From Calditrichaceae bacterium (lineage in GTDB: Bacteria > Calditrichota > Calditrichia > Calditrichales > JBFXGD01), in NCBI GenBank assembly GCA_050173015.1, contig JBFXLE010000001.1, positions 160,001 through 224,000 of the forward strand: a DNA stretch of 64,000 bases, read 5' to 3'. Below the pieces are notes generated by a model. That model searched no databases, was not told where the DNA came from, and worked only from the letters and a program-made list of their open reading frames with translations. The number at the start of each line of letters is the position of its first letter. Position 1 is the stretch's first letter. This document shows positions 29,462-40,075 of the stretch, piece after piece. A program made the position numbers and the translations under genes.

Positions 29462-31192
29462 ATGACCAAAAAAGAAATCGTTGCCATATTGGAAGAAATA
29501 GGAACGATTCTCGATCTCAAAGGCGAGAATCCTTTTAAATCACGGGCCTATTTTACCGCGGCGAGAGCCATAGAAACACAGGTTGATGATATTGTCGCGA
29601 TGGTGGAGAGTGGCGAAATATCGGCCATAAAAGGAATTGGCAAAGCCATCTCAGAGAAGCTGACGATATTGATTCAAACCGGCCGGCTTCCATATTATGA
29701 TGATTTAAAAAACAGTATTCCCGATGGATTACTTGACATGCTTGAGATACCCGGCATGGGTCCAAAGAAAGTAAAGGCGGTGTATGAAAAATTACAAGTT
29801 GCAAGTGTCGGAGAGTTGGAATATGCATGCACTGAAAACCGCCTGCGGGATCTGGAAGGATTCGGTCAAAAGAGTCAGGACAAAATTCTTGAAGGCATTC
29901 AGCTTCGGAAAAAATACAGGGAGCGATTTCATTTTCATATCGCGAGAATGGAAGCGGAGACTGTCGGGGAATATCTAAGAAAGAATTCTAAGATCAATCG
30001 AATGGAGTTTGCCGGCAGTCTGCGCCGTAAAAAAGAGACCATAAAAGATATCGATTTCGTGGCTTCATGCCGGGACGAGGACCGTAAAACAATCATGGAT
30101 TACTTTGTGGACTATCCCGGAAAAGTGACTGTGACCGGTCATGGTGAAACAAAATCGGCAATGGTGCTTAGCAGTGGGATGGTGTGTGAATTACGCCTGG
30201 TATCGGATGACCAGTATCCCTTCCTGCTCCATCATTCCACCGGCAGCAAAGAACATAATACATCTTTGAGGCAGCGAGCCAAAAAAATGAATCTGACGAT
30301 GAACGAGTACGGACTCTTTAACATTGGAAGTGATCAAAGTATCCTTTGCGACGATGAAAAGGCCATCTTCAGCAAATTAAATCTAAATTACATACCACCT
30401 GAACTCAGGGAAAACAATGGTGAGATTGAATCCGCTGAACAGGGAGAAATCCCGGAACTGGTGATGCCGGATCAGCTCCGGGGAATCTTTCATGTGCATA
30501 CAACTCACAGCGACGGCGCCGCATCTGTTAAAGAAATGGCCACGGCTTGTAAAAAACTCGGACTGACATATATAGGGATAACAGATCACAGTAAATCGGC
30601 CTTTTACGCGAATGGCTTGACGGAAGACAGAGTTAAAAAACAGCATGATGAAATTGATTCGCTCAATGATGAGCTGAAAGATTTTACTATTTTCAAAGGC
30701 ATTGAGGCCGATATTCTGCCCGACGGAAGGATGGATTTTGATGATACGGTTCTTGCCTCATTTGATTTTGTTATCGCCTCAGTGCACTCAAGTTTTAACA
30801 TGAGCGAAGAGGATATGACTCAAAGAATCTGCCGCGCGCTTGAAAATCGTTTTGTTACAATGCTGGGACATCCAACGGGAAGACTGCTGCTTGGTCGCGA
30901 AGCTTATCCGGTGGATATGAAAAAGGTTATAGAAACGGCGGCAAAGTTTAACAAAATAATTGAGATAAACGCGAATCCGTATCGCCTTGACCTTGATTGG
31001 CGCTGGGGGCGTTTCGCAAATGAGCTTGAAGTGAAAACTTCCATAAATCCGGACGCGCATTCGGTTGAAGGGTTAAAAGACATCGAGATCGGTATTGGAA
31101 TCGCCCGAAAAGGTTGGTTTAATGCCGGATCCGTTTTTAATACATATCCGGTTGAAAAGATAAAAAGCGAATTGATCAGGATGCGTGAATAA
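29462..31192 (+). CDS. polX: DNA polymerase X / PHP 3'-5' exonuclease
   Basis: GENPFK, HhH motifs, AGSLRR..TIKDID, TGSKEHN, PHP HVHT/TDHS/HPTGR/DAH. Confidence 0.95.
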   Translation: MTKKEIVAILEEIGTILDLKGENPFKSRAYFTAARAIETQVDDIVAMVESGEISAIKGIGKAISEKLTILIQTGRLPYYDDLKNSIPDGLLDMLEIPGMGPKKVKAVYEKLQVASVGELEYACTENRLRDLEGFGQKSQDKILEGIQLRKKYRERFHFHIARMEAETVGEYLRKNSKINRMEFAGSLRRKKETIKDIDFVASCRDEDRKTIMDYFVDYPGKVTVTGHGETKSAMVLSSGMVCELRLVSDDQYPFLLHHSTGSKEHNTSLRQRAKKMNLTMNEYGLFNIGSDQSILCDDEKAIFSKLNLNYIPPELRENNGEIESAEQGEIPELVMPDQLRGIFHVHTTHSDGAASVKEMATACKKLGLTYIGITDHSKSAFYANGLTEDRVKKQHDEIDSLNDELKDFTIFKGIEADILPDGRMDFDDTVLASFDFVIASVHSSFNMSEEDMTQRICRALENRFVTMLGHPTGRLLLGREAYPVDMKKVIETAAKFNKIIEINANPYRLDLDWRWGRFANELEVKTSINPDAHSVEGLKDIEIGIGIARKGWFNAGSVFNTYPVEKIKSELIRMRE

Positions 31193-31281
31193 CCGGAAGA
31201 ATTGACTTTGGTTTAGATGGCCTATAGCATTTAAGAAAAAACTTACTTATTTTTATAATCTGAGTTTAATCTGCTGGAGGA

Positions 31282-32334
31282 GTGATGGCATACAGAATAG
31301 CTGTGGACGCGATGGGTGGTGATCACGCGCCGGAGGAAATCGTAAAAGGCGTGATTGACGCGATGGAGTCGGATAAGTCTATCGAGGCGATACTGGTTGG
31401 TGATGAAGACGCTATAAAAAAAGAACTAGACAAATATCAGGCGAAAAGAGGAATCGAGATCGTGCATACGGATCAATGGGTCGGAATGGATGAATCTCCT
31501 AAAAAAGCTCTGGAAAGCAAACCGAGAGCCAGTATCAATCTGGCCGCGAGACTGGTTAATGATAACCTCGCGGACGCGCTTTTGAGCGCGGGCAATACCG
31601 GCGCAACCGTTTTGGCGGCCGCGCAAAACCTGCCGATCATACCGGGGATCGAACGCACCGCGCTGGCGGCTATTTATCCGACAGCCAAGTTTGTAAAGGG
31701 CAGCCACGGGTTCGCTCTGATGCTGGATGTAGGGGCAACCATCAAATGCACGCCAAAGCAGCTGGTACATTTTGCGTTTATGGGAAATTATTATGTCTCG
31801 CACATTCTGGGTATTCCGCAACCGAGAGTGGCATTGCTGAATATCGGCGAGGAAGCGACAAAGGGCGGCGAAGTATTGACAAAAACCTATGAATATCTGC
31901 AGGCCGCTGAAGGTATTCATTTCATAGGTAATGTAGAAGGCAAGGATATCCCTAAAGGCGCGGCGGATGTGATAGTAACAGAGGGTTTTGTCGGTAATGT
32001 GGTCCTGAAATTGCTGGAAGGCGTTGCCGATGTTGTAAAAGAAACCGGAAAGTACGCGTTCAAAAAGAAACTAACCTGGAAGCTTGGAATGGTCATGCTT
32101 TCCGAAGGCGTAAAGAGGCTTAAAATTAAAACGGATTATTCTGAGTATGGCGGAGCGCCTGTTCTCGGATTCAAAAAACTCGTGATAAAATCACACGGAC
32201 GGTCAAACGCAAAGGCTATTTCAAACGCTATGCAAGTGGCTGTGCGTTCTGTGAAAGAAGATGTCTGCTCGCATATTGGAGAATCGATAGCGGAATTTAA
32301 TGCCCGTCATCGATTGGACTTTATTGAAATATAA
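31282..32334 (+). CDS. plsX: Phosphate acyltransferase
   Basis: IAVDAMGGDHAP, SAGNTGA, LLNIGEEATKG, GNVEG, KSHGRS. Confidence 0.94.
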   Translation: MMAYRIAVDAMGGDHAPEEIVKGVIDAMESDKSIEAILVGDEDAIKKELDKYQAKRGIEIVHTDQWVGMDESPKKALESKPRASINLAARLVNDNLADALLSAGNTGATVLAAAQNLPIIPGIERTALAAIYPTAKFVKGSHGFALMLDVGATIKCTPKQLVHFAFMGNYYVSHILGIPQPRVALLNIGEEATKGGEVLTKTYEYLQAAEGIHFIGNVEGKDIPKGAADVIVTEGFVGNVVLKLLEGVADVVKETGKYAFKKKLTWKLGMVMLSEGVKRLKIKTDYSEYGGAPVLGFKKLVIKSHGRSNAKAISNAMQVAVRSVKEDVCSHIGESIAEFNARHRLDFIEI

Positions 32335-32345
32335 TGAGATCGTGG

Positions 32346-32379
32346 AACGGGTACATTTTGATAGTGTGCCCGTTTTTTT
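32346..32379 (+). terminator. Intrinsic terminator after plsX
   Basis: AACGGGTACA...TGTGCCCGTT + T run. Confidence 0.75.
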
Positions 32380-33112
32380 ATCTGATCTGACGCCCGCCGT
32401 CCACGGGAATAACCGCTCCTGTAATATAATCAGATCCTTCCAGTAAAAACCGCACCGTTTTGGCGATATCCGAAGCAGAGCCCTCCTTTTTTAAAAGAGT
32501 CTGATCAAGCGCTTTCTGCCGTTCCGCCTTAGGCATCTCTTTGGGAATCATCACCGGCCCGGGATTGACACAATTGACCTGAATATATGGAGCCAGAGCT
32601 TTCGCGAGGCCGATCGTCATGGCGATAATTCCCGCCTTGCTTATGGAGTAAGGAAGATAGGAAGGCCAGGGAGACAGAGCGCCCGCGTCACCAATATTTA
32701 TAATCTTGCCTGAATGCTGCTTAAGCATTTCGTTTCCTGCCGCCTGGGCCAGAAAGAAGGCGCTTTTTAGATTCAGGTTGTGGAAGGTATCCCAGTCTTT
32801 TTCGGTAATCTTTCCAAACTGGGTTTTATAGAATACGGCGGAATTATTGATGAGAATATCAATGCGGCCGAATTTCCTGATGACTTCAGATATTAATTCT
32901 TTATGTACTCCGGAAGCTGAAAGATCGCATTGATGGATATGAATTTCGCCGCCTGATGACTGAATCTCTTTTTGCAGGCTGACCGCGTCTTCGCGGCTTG
33001 AATGATAGTGGCAAAATATATTCGCGCCCGCCGATGAAAGTTCTTTTGAGATCGCGCGGCCGATACGGATTGCTCCGCCGGTAATGAGGACGGTTTTTTT
33101 TGATAAATCCAC
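32378..33112 (-). CDS. SDR, pteridine reductase/FolM-like
   Basis: TGGAIRIG, HYHSS, NNSA, YSISK. Confidence 0.85.
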   Translation of the reverse strand: MDLSKKTVLITGGAIRIGRAISKELSSAGANIFCHYHSSREDAVSLQKEIQSSGGEIHIHQCDLSASGVHKELISEVIRKFGRIDILINNSAVFYKTQFGKITEKDWDTFHNLNLKSAFFLAQAAGNEMLKQHSGKIINIGDAGALSPWPSYLPYSISKAGIIAMTIGLAKALAPYIQVNCVNPGPVMIPKEMPKAERQKALDQTLLKKEGSASDIAKTVRFLLEGSDYITGAVIPVDGGRQIR

Positions 33113-33170
33113 ATCGACTCCGGGATTTATTATGAAAATTATTGTTCTAAAGAATGGTCTGAAGTGATTT

Positions 33171-33803
33171 TCAGAGATAATCCTGATTCAGAAAAGGATT
33201 ATGCTCTTTTTCATAACCGATCGTTGTTGTCGGACCGTGACCCGGATATACAATCGTACTATCCGGCAGCGTGAACAGACGGTTTTTGATCGAATCAATG
33301 AGCTGATTGTAATTGCCGCCATAGAGATCCGTCCGGCCGATAGAGTCCTTGAACAAGACATCCCCCACAAAGACATGCCCGTTAAAGAGCAGACAAATAC
33401 TGCCGGGGCTGTGTCCGGGTGTTTGTAAAATTTTAAAGGTACCGTCACCGATGCTAAATTCATCGCCATCCTTGACAAAGCGGATATTTTCGGGGACCGC
33501 AGAGACATCGATGCCGAACATCATACTCTGTCTTGGAAGTGATTCCAGTAACGGAAGATCATCTTCACATAAATGTATCGGAATATCATATTTATTCTGG
33601 ACATCATTTACCCGGCGGACATGGTCTATATGAGAATGGGTGTTAAAAATATAGACAGGATTTAATTTGTTTTGATTGATATAATCAAAAATCTGATTTA
33701 TTTCATCGCCCGGATCGATGAGAATACAATCGCTGCCGTTATCGGCATGTACAACAAAACAATTCATCTCAAATGGTCCGACGGGAATTCTCTCAACTTT
33801 CAT
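33171..33803 (-). CDS. MBL-fold hydrolase (glyoxalase II/YcbL-like)
   Basis: THSHIDH, TPGHSPG, GD.LF..SIGRTDL, PGHG. Confidence 0.92.
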   Translation of the reverse strand: MKVERIPVGPFEMNCFVVHADNGSDCILIDPGDEINQIFDYINQNKLNPVYIFNTHSHIDHVRRVNDVQNKYDIPIHLCEDDLPLLESLPRQSMMFGIDVSAVPENIRFVKDGDEFSIGDGTFKILQTPGHSPGSICLLFNGHVFVGDVLFKDSIGRTDLYGGNYNQLIDSIKNRLFTLPDSTIVYPGHGPTTTIGYEKEHNPFLNQDYL

Positions 33804-33942
33804 TTTTGCCTCTGAAATTGGACAACCAATGAGAAATATATTAAACAGAAAACTAAAATAAAATATTTCATTCACTTATTGTTATGAGTTTAAGGAATTT
33901 TATGTAAAAAGTCATCATTTTTAGACGAGAAAGCCGGCCTTG

Positions 33943-34782
33943 TCAGAAGATTTTGTACCAGACATTCATACTTTCAATGCTTCCCGAGATATCCGTGTTG
34001 TTAATCAAGGTCCCCGCGAATTGATATCTCATTTTTGAAAAAGTAATATTCATGCCCGGAGAAACGGCTCTGGCTATGGTATAAAATGTCCTGATTTTTC
34101 TTTTTGTCATTTCCGCTTCCATTTCCTTCAAAAGCAGTAATGATAAACTTTTTCCCCTGTAATCGGGTAGCGTGGCGAAGTCAGTCATTTCAACATTCCC
34201 GGATATGACATCCATTTCAGCCGAAGACGCGGCAACCAATTTCCCTTCATCAAAAGCGCCGAAGTAAACAATGTTCTCATTCATGGTTTTAATGATATAC
34301 TCACTGTTATGAATCGGAAAAGGGTAAGATTCGAAAACGACATCGTATAGTTCTATTAACTGCCCGGCGTCATTTGCATCAAGTATCCTGAGTTTATATC
34401 CATGATCCGGCGAGATTGTGACCGGTTGGTTCTGTTTAGATTTCGCAAGATGTATGATGTTTTCGATTTGTTCTTTTTCGTTTTGCTCTAAATTGGCGCG
34501 ATCCGAATCAAGAAATTTTGAAACAAAATACACGTCTGCTTCTTCACTATAAAATTTCGGAATCGACGCGCGTTCCTGATAACCCTGGCTAACAAACGCT
34601 TCGCGCGCCCATTCGGGAATTTTGGCAAAAATTTTTGTGTATTTTTTCTCACGGGCTACATTGTCCAGCTTATTTATTATTTGAGGAAAATCTTCTTTAG
34701 AGAGTTTCATAAGATAAATGCGATTATTCTGATTTCCATGCTGGATCAATGATTGACCAAGAGTTTCGACTTTGTCAAACAT
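33943..34782 (-). CDS. ablB: Beta-lysine N-epsilon-acetyltransferase
   Basis: [47 protein letters not shown]; same operon as the aminomutase. Confidence 0.9.
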   Translation of the reverse strand: MFDKVETLGQSLIQHGNQNNRIYLMKLSKEDFPQIINKLDNVAREKKYTKIFAKIPEWAREAFVSQGYQERASIPKFYSEEADVYFVSKFLDSDRANLEQNEKEQIENIIHLAKSKQNQPVTISPDHGYKLRILDANDAGQLIELYDVVFESYPFPIHNSEYIIKTMNENIVYFGAFDEGKLVAASSAEMDVISGNVEMTDFATLPDYRGKSLSLLLLKEMEAEMTKRKIRTFYTIARAVSPGMNITFSKMRYQFAGTLINNTDISGSIESMNVWYKIF

Positions 34783-36205
34783 TTACTTTCCTTTCTGATA
34801 TATCTGTTTTTTTGAACACGGTTATGCCGGCAAATACTACAAATGCTATAAGAATTCCATAAATGCTGGCATCAAGTCCCAACGGCAGCTTTATTTTACT
34901 GAATATCAATATGAGCGTTGATCCACCGCCAAAGATCATCGATAACAGGGCCGCGTTGGAATCCCTTTTTTTAAGAAAATACGCGCCGAGCGTCGGTATG
35001 AACAATCCTGCTACCATAAAAGAGTATGCGTGCAATATAATTTCAAGTACCGTCTGAAAAGAGCTTGCGATGATCAGGGTCAGAGCGCCAATAATTAATG
35101 TTACAAATTGGGAGAGTCTCATAATGGTCTTATCAGAGGCGTCCGGAAAGAAGTATCTTTCGATGATATCATTTACAAAATTGCCGGAGGACGCGATAAG
35201 GCAGCTGTCCGCCGTTGACATGATTGCTGAAAAATAGGCGGCGATGACAATTCCGGTAACACCTATGGGAAGAACATCTCTAAGGAGTAATGGTAATCCC
35301 ATTTCCGCTTCCACATCCGGGAAAAATAACCGGGATATCATTCCCAAAAATACCCCGAGAAATGACATGACAGGATATTCAAGTAATCCGGCGATGTAAA
35401 AGGCCTTTTTTGCTTCCTTCTCGGTCCGCACCGCGTAGATTCTTTGATACAGAGTCATGGCGATGAACCAGATGGGGACAATTGTAAAAAACCAGTTGGT
35501 AAACTGAACAAAACTGATATTTCCTAACGAGAAAAATTCCGGCGGAAGATTCGCCTGTAGAGCGTTCCATCCACCGGCGGAGAAGTAGGCAAAAGGAACG
35601 CCAAAAAACATCAGACCGCATAAGAGGACAATCCATTGGATGGTGTCGGTATAAATGACAGCTTTTAAGCCTCCCAGTACGGTGTAAAACAGAACGATCC
35701 CCGCCATGATGTAGAGCGAAATATTCAACGGGTCCATCCAGGTGATTCCTGAAAAAACACTTCCCGCCGCCAGTTTAGCGCCGGCCAGAATTTGCGCTCC
35801 GGTGAAACCGAGATAACCGATCCCGGAAATGAGAGCGGCAACCAGCGCCACACGGTCGTTGTATTTATATCTCAAAAAATCAGGGAAGGTAAACATCCCC
35901 ATTTTCGAATCAACCCTTTTGATCCGGGGGATAATTAGTATGGCGGCAAGCCACGCCCCTACTAACCCGGTGAATAAGAGCCAGCTTCCCGAAAGCCCCA
36001 TGGCAAATCCGAGACCGCCGAGTCCGATAGAAAAACCTCCGCCGACATCGGTGGCCACAATTGATAACCCCACGTGTCCGGCTGAAAGCGAACGGCCGCC
36101 GACATAATAGTCTTCTTTACTTTCATTTTTTCTGTAGAAATAGAAGCCGACATACAGAATTAACGCGAAATAGATTACAAAAATGATATAATCAATGAGA
36201 TGCAT
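34775..36205 (-). CDS. Sodium:solute symporter (SSS family)
   Basis: [30 protein letters not shown]; many TM helices. Confidence 0.92.
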   Translation of the reverse strand: MHLIDYIIFVIYFALILYVGFYFYRKNESKEDYYVGGRSLSAGHVGLSIVATDVGGGFSIGLGGLGFAMGLSGSWLLFTGLVGAWLAAILIIPRIKRVDSKMGMFTFPDFLRYKYNDRVALVAALISGIGYLGFTGAQILAGAKLAAGSVFSGITWMDPLNISLYIMAGIVLFYTVLGGLKAVIYTDTIQWIVLLCGLMFFGVPFAYFSAGGWNALQANLPPEFFSLGNISFVQFTNWFFTIVPIWFIAMTLYQRIYAVRTEKEAKKAFYIAGLLEYPVMSFLGVFLGMISRLFFPDVEAEMGLPLLLRDVLPIGVTGIVIAAYFSAIMSTADSCLIASSGNFVNDIIERYFFPDASDKTIMRLSQFVTLIIGALTLIIASSFQTVLEIILHAYSFMVAGLFIPTLGAYFLKKRDSNAALLSMIFGGGSTLILIFSKIKLPLGLDASIYGILIAFVVFAGITVFKKTDISERKVNV

Positions 36206-37524
36206 TATTCTTCGCCACCGTTTCTGCGGTTAATCCGATCAGTGTTATCAGGAATCAAAGAAATCGTGTCACCGTAATCAGATAGTAATTCAGCGATACC
36301 GGTTGCTTTGTATTCATCGGCATCTTCCAGATTCAACTGAAGAGAACAGTTGTCGCAATTCCTGTCACAAAATACCTGCTCGTAAGAATCAGGTTCCTTA
36401 TATGTGGAAATCACACCTTCATAGTTCCGAAGAACAACCTTATTGGTTGACCAGGAGATCAGATAATTCGGCATGACAGGTATTTTTCCACCGCCGCCCG
36501 GCGCGTCAATCACATAGGTTGGAACCGCGAAACCGCTGGTATGACCGATTAAACTTTCAATAATTTCGATTCCTTTGCCGACCGGTGTTCTGAAATGGGA
36601 TAAGCCCTCGGAAAGATCACACTGGTAAAGATAGTAAGGACGAACACGATTTTGAACCAGCTTATGGACCAGAGACTTCATAATTCGGGGGCAGTCATTG
36701 ACTCCGGCAAGAAGAACCGATTGATTTCCCAGGGGAATTCCGGCGTCAGCCAGTTTTCTAAGCGCTTCCTTTGATGAAGTTGTAATTTCCCTTGGATGGT
36801 TGAAGTGGGTGTTGATCCACAGAGGATGGTGCTTTTTGAGCATATTAACAAGATCGTCCGTGATACGGTAAGGAAGAACCACCGGCATTCGTGTTCCGAT
36901 CCGGATCACTTCCACATGCGGGATGGCCCGCAATTCCGTCAGCACCCAGTCGAGATAAGAATCCGATAACATCAGGGGATCACCGCCGGAGAGCAGTACA
37001 TCACGAACCTGAGGGGTTTCTTTGATGTAATCGATTCCCATTTGAACGATCCGTTTGTTCGGGATAGAATCCACATCGCCGACTTTTCGTTTTCTGGTGC
37101 AGTGTCTGCAGTACATGGAACAGATATTACTGATATGAAACAGAACCCGGTCCGGGTAACGATGTGTAAGGTTCGGCACCGGACTGTCTTTATCTTCAGC
37201 CAGGGGATCCTTCATGTCATGTTCATTGATGATCAGTTCGGAAGAATGAGGAAACGCCTGTTTGTAAACCGGATCGTTGGCGTAATCGTTTTCGTCAATC
37301 AGAGAAACATAGTATGGAGGAACGGAAAGAGGAAATTTTTGCATCGTTTTTTCAAGAACGGCTCTGTCTTCTCCCTTAAATTTTATTCCCAGCGCTTGTT
37401 CAAATGTGTCGATGTCTTTAATAGCATGCTTAAGCTGCCATTTCCAATCCTTCCAATTGGATAGCGCTACATGATTATCAATTCTGTGAGCGAGATCCTG
37501 TTGTCTTTCGTTATATATGGACAT
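36205..37524 (-). CDS. ablA: Lysine 2,3-aminomutase (radical SAM, KamA family)
   Basis: [44 protein letters not shown]. Confidence 0.95.
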   Translation of the reverse strand: MSIYNERQQDLAHRIDNHVALSNWKDWKWQLKHAIKDIDTFEQALGIKFKGEDRAVLEKTMQKFPLSVPPYYVSLIDENDYANDPVYKQAFPHSSELIINEHDMKDPLAEDKDSPVPNLTHRYPDRVLFHISNICSMYCRHCTRKRKVGDVDSIPNKRIVQMGIDYIKETPQVRDVLLSGGDPLMLSDSYLDWVLTELRAIPHVEVIRIGTRMPVVLPYRITDDLVNMLKKHHPLWINTHFNHPREITTSSKEALRKLADAGIPLGNQSVLLAGVNDCPRIMKSLVHKLVQNRVRPYYLYQCDLSEGLSHFRTPVGKGIEIIESLIGHTSGFAVPTYVIDAPGGGGKIPVMPNYLISWSTNKVVLRNYEGVISTYKEPDSYEQVFCDRNCDNCSLQLNLEDADEYKATGIAELLSDYGDTISLIPDNTDRINRRNGGEE

Positions 37525-37922
37525 ATAGATTCCTTGTGATTTATAAATAAAAAATTCCAAATGTTGTCGGAAGAATCATTGACATTAACTTATTGGACAA
37601 GGTCAGATGATTTGCCGATAACAAAAGGAAAATGTTTTGAAATTAGAGTATTCTCATAATAGAATATGATGAATTGGGGAAATATCAGTAAAAATAAAAG
37701 GTGTAGATTTTTTTGAATAAATGCAGATGATTTTTTAGATCAAATAATGTAATCATGATATTATCTGGTTTTGTTTGACATAAATGGTGTCTAAGTTAAG
37801 ACATTAACCAGGGTAATGAAAATTTTTTTATTAATTATGAAACCGGAATCGGTTATTATCTTATTTATAGTAGAATAAAGGGAGATAAGATATTATTTTT
37901 CCGTATAAACAGATGGACAAGT

Positions 37923-38900
37923 ATGCAAAGTTATAAATTTATGAAAAAAAAAATAATGTTTTATTTACTGATTTTCCTTGTCGCGGTTTTTGCCATAATT
38001 GTTGTTTTTACGGCATGGCTGATTTTCGATGAAAATTTAAGGAATCCGGTAAAGGTACTTCAGCGTGAATATGAGGTCAAGGAAGTTGCCGCGGCTGATG
38101 AATATATCATCCGGATCGGAAATATTGAACGACTTTATAAAGATATGATGATGACGGCCGGTGATGAGGATAGCATCCGGTTTACGATCAGCATGCCAAA
38201 AGTAATGACTGAAGAATCCATTCCGCTTGTTTTTATCATGGGCGGACTGGAAATCGGCAGAAACAGCCTTAAATACATTCCTGAGCACGGGAATAACATA
38301 TTAATCGCCTATGAATATCCGTATAGCCCGAAATATTGGTATGACGGCATGGCAATAGAACAAATCCCGCTGATCAGGAACGCGGTTCTTAGCGCGCCCG
38401 CGCAGATGGCCGCGGTGATTACCTGGGCCGCAAAACAGAAGTGGGCCGATCCTGACAGAATTAATCTTTTGGGATATAGTTTTGGCGCCCTGTTTGTCCC
38501 TTCGGTTCATCATTTGACTCAGGAAAAAGGACTCAAGATCCATTCAACCATTCTTGCCTACGGAGGGACGAATATTAATCAATTATTAAACAATAATTTA
38601 AAAATGAAACCGGAATGGGTAAAATCAATAACGGCATATTTCGCGTCAAAAGCGATCTGGCCCGTTGACCCGGCGTGGCATCTGCCGAAACTACAGGGAC
38701 AGTTTTTAGTTATTAACGGCGACCACGATCATCAAATTCCGAAATTATCTTCCGAAAATATGCGGAAATTGACACCAGAGCCCAAGACGATCATCACGCT
38801 AAACGAAGGGCATATGCATCCAGATAAGCCCGAATTGACCGCCAAAATTATTGATATCAGCCGTAAATGGCTGTCGGAAATGAAAACGGTAAATCCCTGA
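37923..38900 (+). CDS. Membrane-anchored alpha/beta hydrolase
   Basis: N-terminal TM, GYSFG nucleophile elbow, NGDHD, GHMH. Confidence 0.8.
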   Translation: MQSYKFMKKKIMFYLLIFLVAVFAIIVVFTAWLIFDENLRNPVKVLQREYEVKEVAAADEYIIRIGNIERLYKDMMMTAGDEDSIRFTISMPKVMTEESIPLVFIMGGLEIGRNSLKYIPEHGNNILIAYEYPYSPKYWYDGMAIEQIPLIRNAVLSAPAQMAAVITWAAKQKWADPDRINLLGYSFGALFVPSVHHLTQEKGLKIHSTILAYGGTNINQLLNNNLKMKPEWVKSITAYFASKAIWPVDPAWHLPKLQGQFLVINGDHDHQIPKLSSENMRKLTPEPKTIITLNEGHMHPDKPELTAKIIDISRKWLSEMKTVNP

Positions 38901-38926
38901 GAAATAAGACGACTCCAATCTCACGT

Positions 38927-39964
38927 TCACAGAAGATTCCATTCCGCCGCGATCAGAGTTAATCCGAATGACAGGCCCAGAGAAATCAGCGGCGCGATGA
39001 TCCAAATGGTAACAAGTTTTTTTACCGATGTCTGAACAATGACTTTTTTCCACCCGAATTTGGAGATTCCCAGACCGATAATGGCGGCAATGTTCATCTG
39101 AACCAGTGATGTCGGTATGCCCTTTGTGACGGAAGCCAGAAGAAGCAACGTGGCCGTTATGAAGGAAATCAATGAGGCGCCAAGCGGACCGAATTCAACG
39201 ATCTGTTTTCCGGTGGTTTCAAGTACGCGGTGTCCGAAAAGCGAACTGCCTATGCCAAAGCAGGGGGCAATTACCAGCGTCGCCGCGATCATAATCAGAT
39301 TAAAGTTTCCGCTTTCAACCGGTATTCCGAGATCGTTTGACATCATGGACGCAAGCGGCCCCGCGGCATTGGCAACATTATTTGATCCAATGGAGAAGGC
39401 CACATATAGAGCGGTCATAATGACCACATATTTTAAGCCCTTATGAGAAGAAATTTGATCAAAATTGATCAATCCCCGGCTTTTTACAGGGTTGTAGATA
39501 TATTTACCAATCATATAAGTGATGATAAACGCGATGACCGGAAGAATAAACCAGGTGGGGATGATTTCAAAAAAAAGTTTTTCTGTTTGAAGGATATCGA
39601 GATAAACAGCCGGGCCGATCAGCGCGGCGATTGTTGACTGACTGGTGGATTGAGGGATTTTTAGTAAATTGGCCAGGAGCAATGACAGAGAGACAGACAG
39701 AAGAATAATGGTGGTCAGAACCAAAGTCATGTTATCGGCAGGCAGAATCCCTTTCCCAATGGTCAGAACTACTTTCTTGCCGGCGATCAGCGCTCCGATG
39801 AAAACAAATATACCGAAGAGCCCCGGTATCATGTCCTTACGAATAATATTGGCTCCATAGGCTGCCGAAAACGCTGGCGCTGTTCCGCTTCCGCCCATAT
39901 TTATGGCCAGAAACATGGAAATAATGAATGGAATCAGGAGGATAGATAGCATAGGAGAAAACAT
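38927..39964 (-). CDS. PiT-family anion permease (CysP-like)
   Basis: FLAINMGGSG...AAYG, PQSTSQ, GSNNVANA, GIPTSLVQ. Confidence 0.85.
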   Translation of the reverse strand: MFSPMLSILLIPFIISMFLAINMGGSGTAPAFSAAYGANIIRKDMIPGLFGIFVFIGALIAGKKVVLTIGKGILPADNMTLVLTTIILLSVSLSLLLANLLKIPQSTSQSTIAALIGPAVYLDILQTEKLFFEIIPTWFILPVIAFIITYMIGKYIYNPVKSRGLINFDQISSHKGLKYVVIMTALYVAFSIGSNNVANAAGPLASMMSNDLGIPVESGNFNLIMIAATLVIAPCFGIGSSLFGHRVLETTGKQIVEFGPLGASLISFITATLLLLASVTKGIPTSLVQMNIAAIIGLGISKFGWKKVIVQTSVKKLVTIWIIAPLISLGLSFGLTLIAAEWNLL

Positions 39965-40075
39965 TTCAGAATTCCTTTTTGCGATGTGTAATTCGAACAG
40001 TAATGTGAAAAGATCCAATCAAAATAATCACAAAAAAAAAGAATCAATCAATATAAAATTCCAGATAAAGTATTA

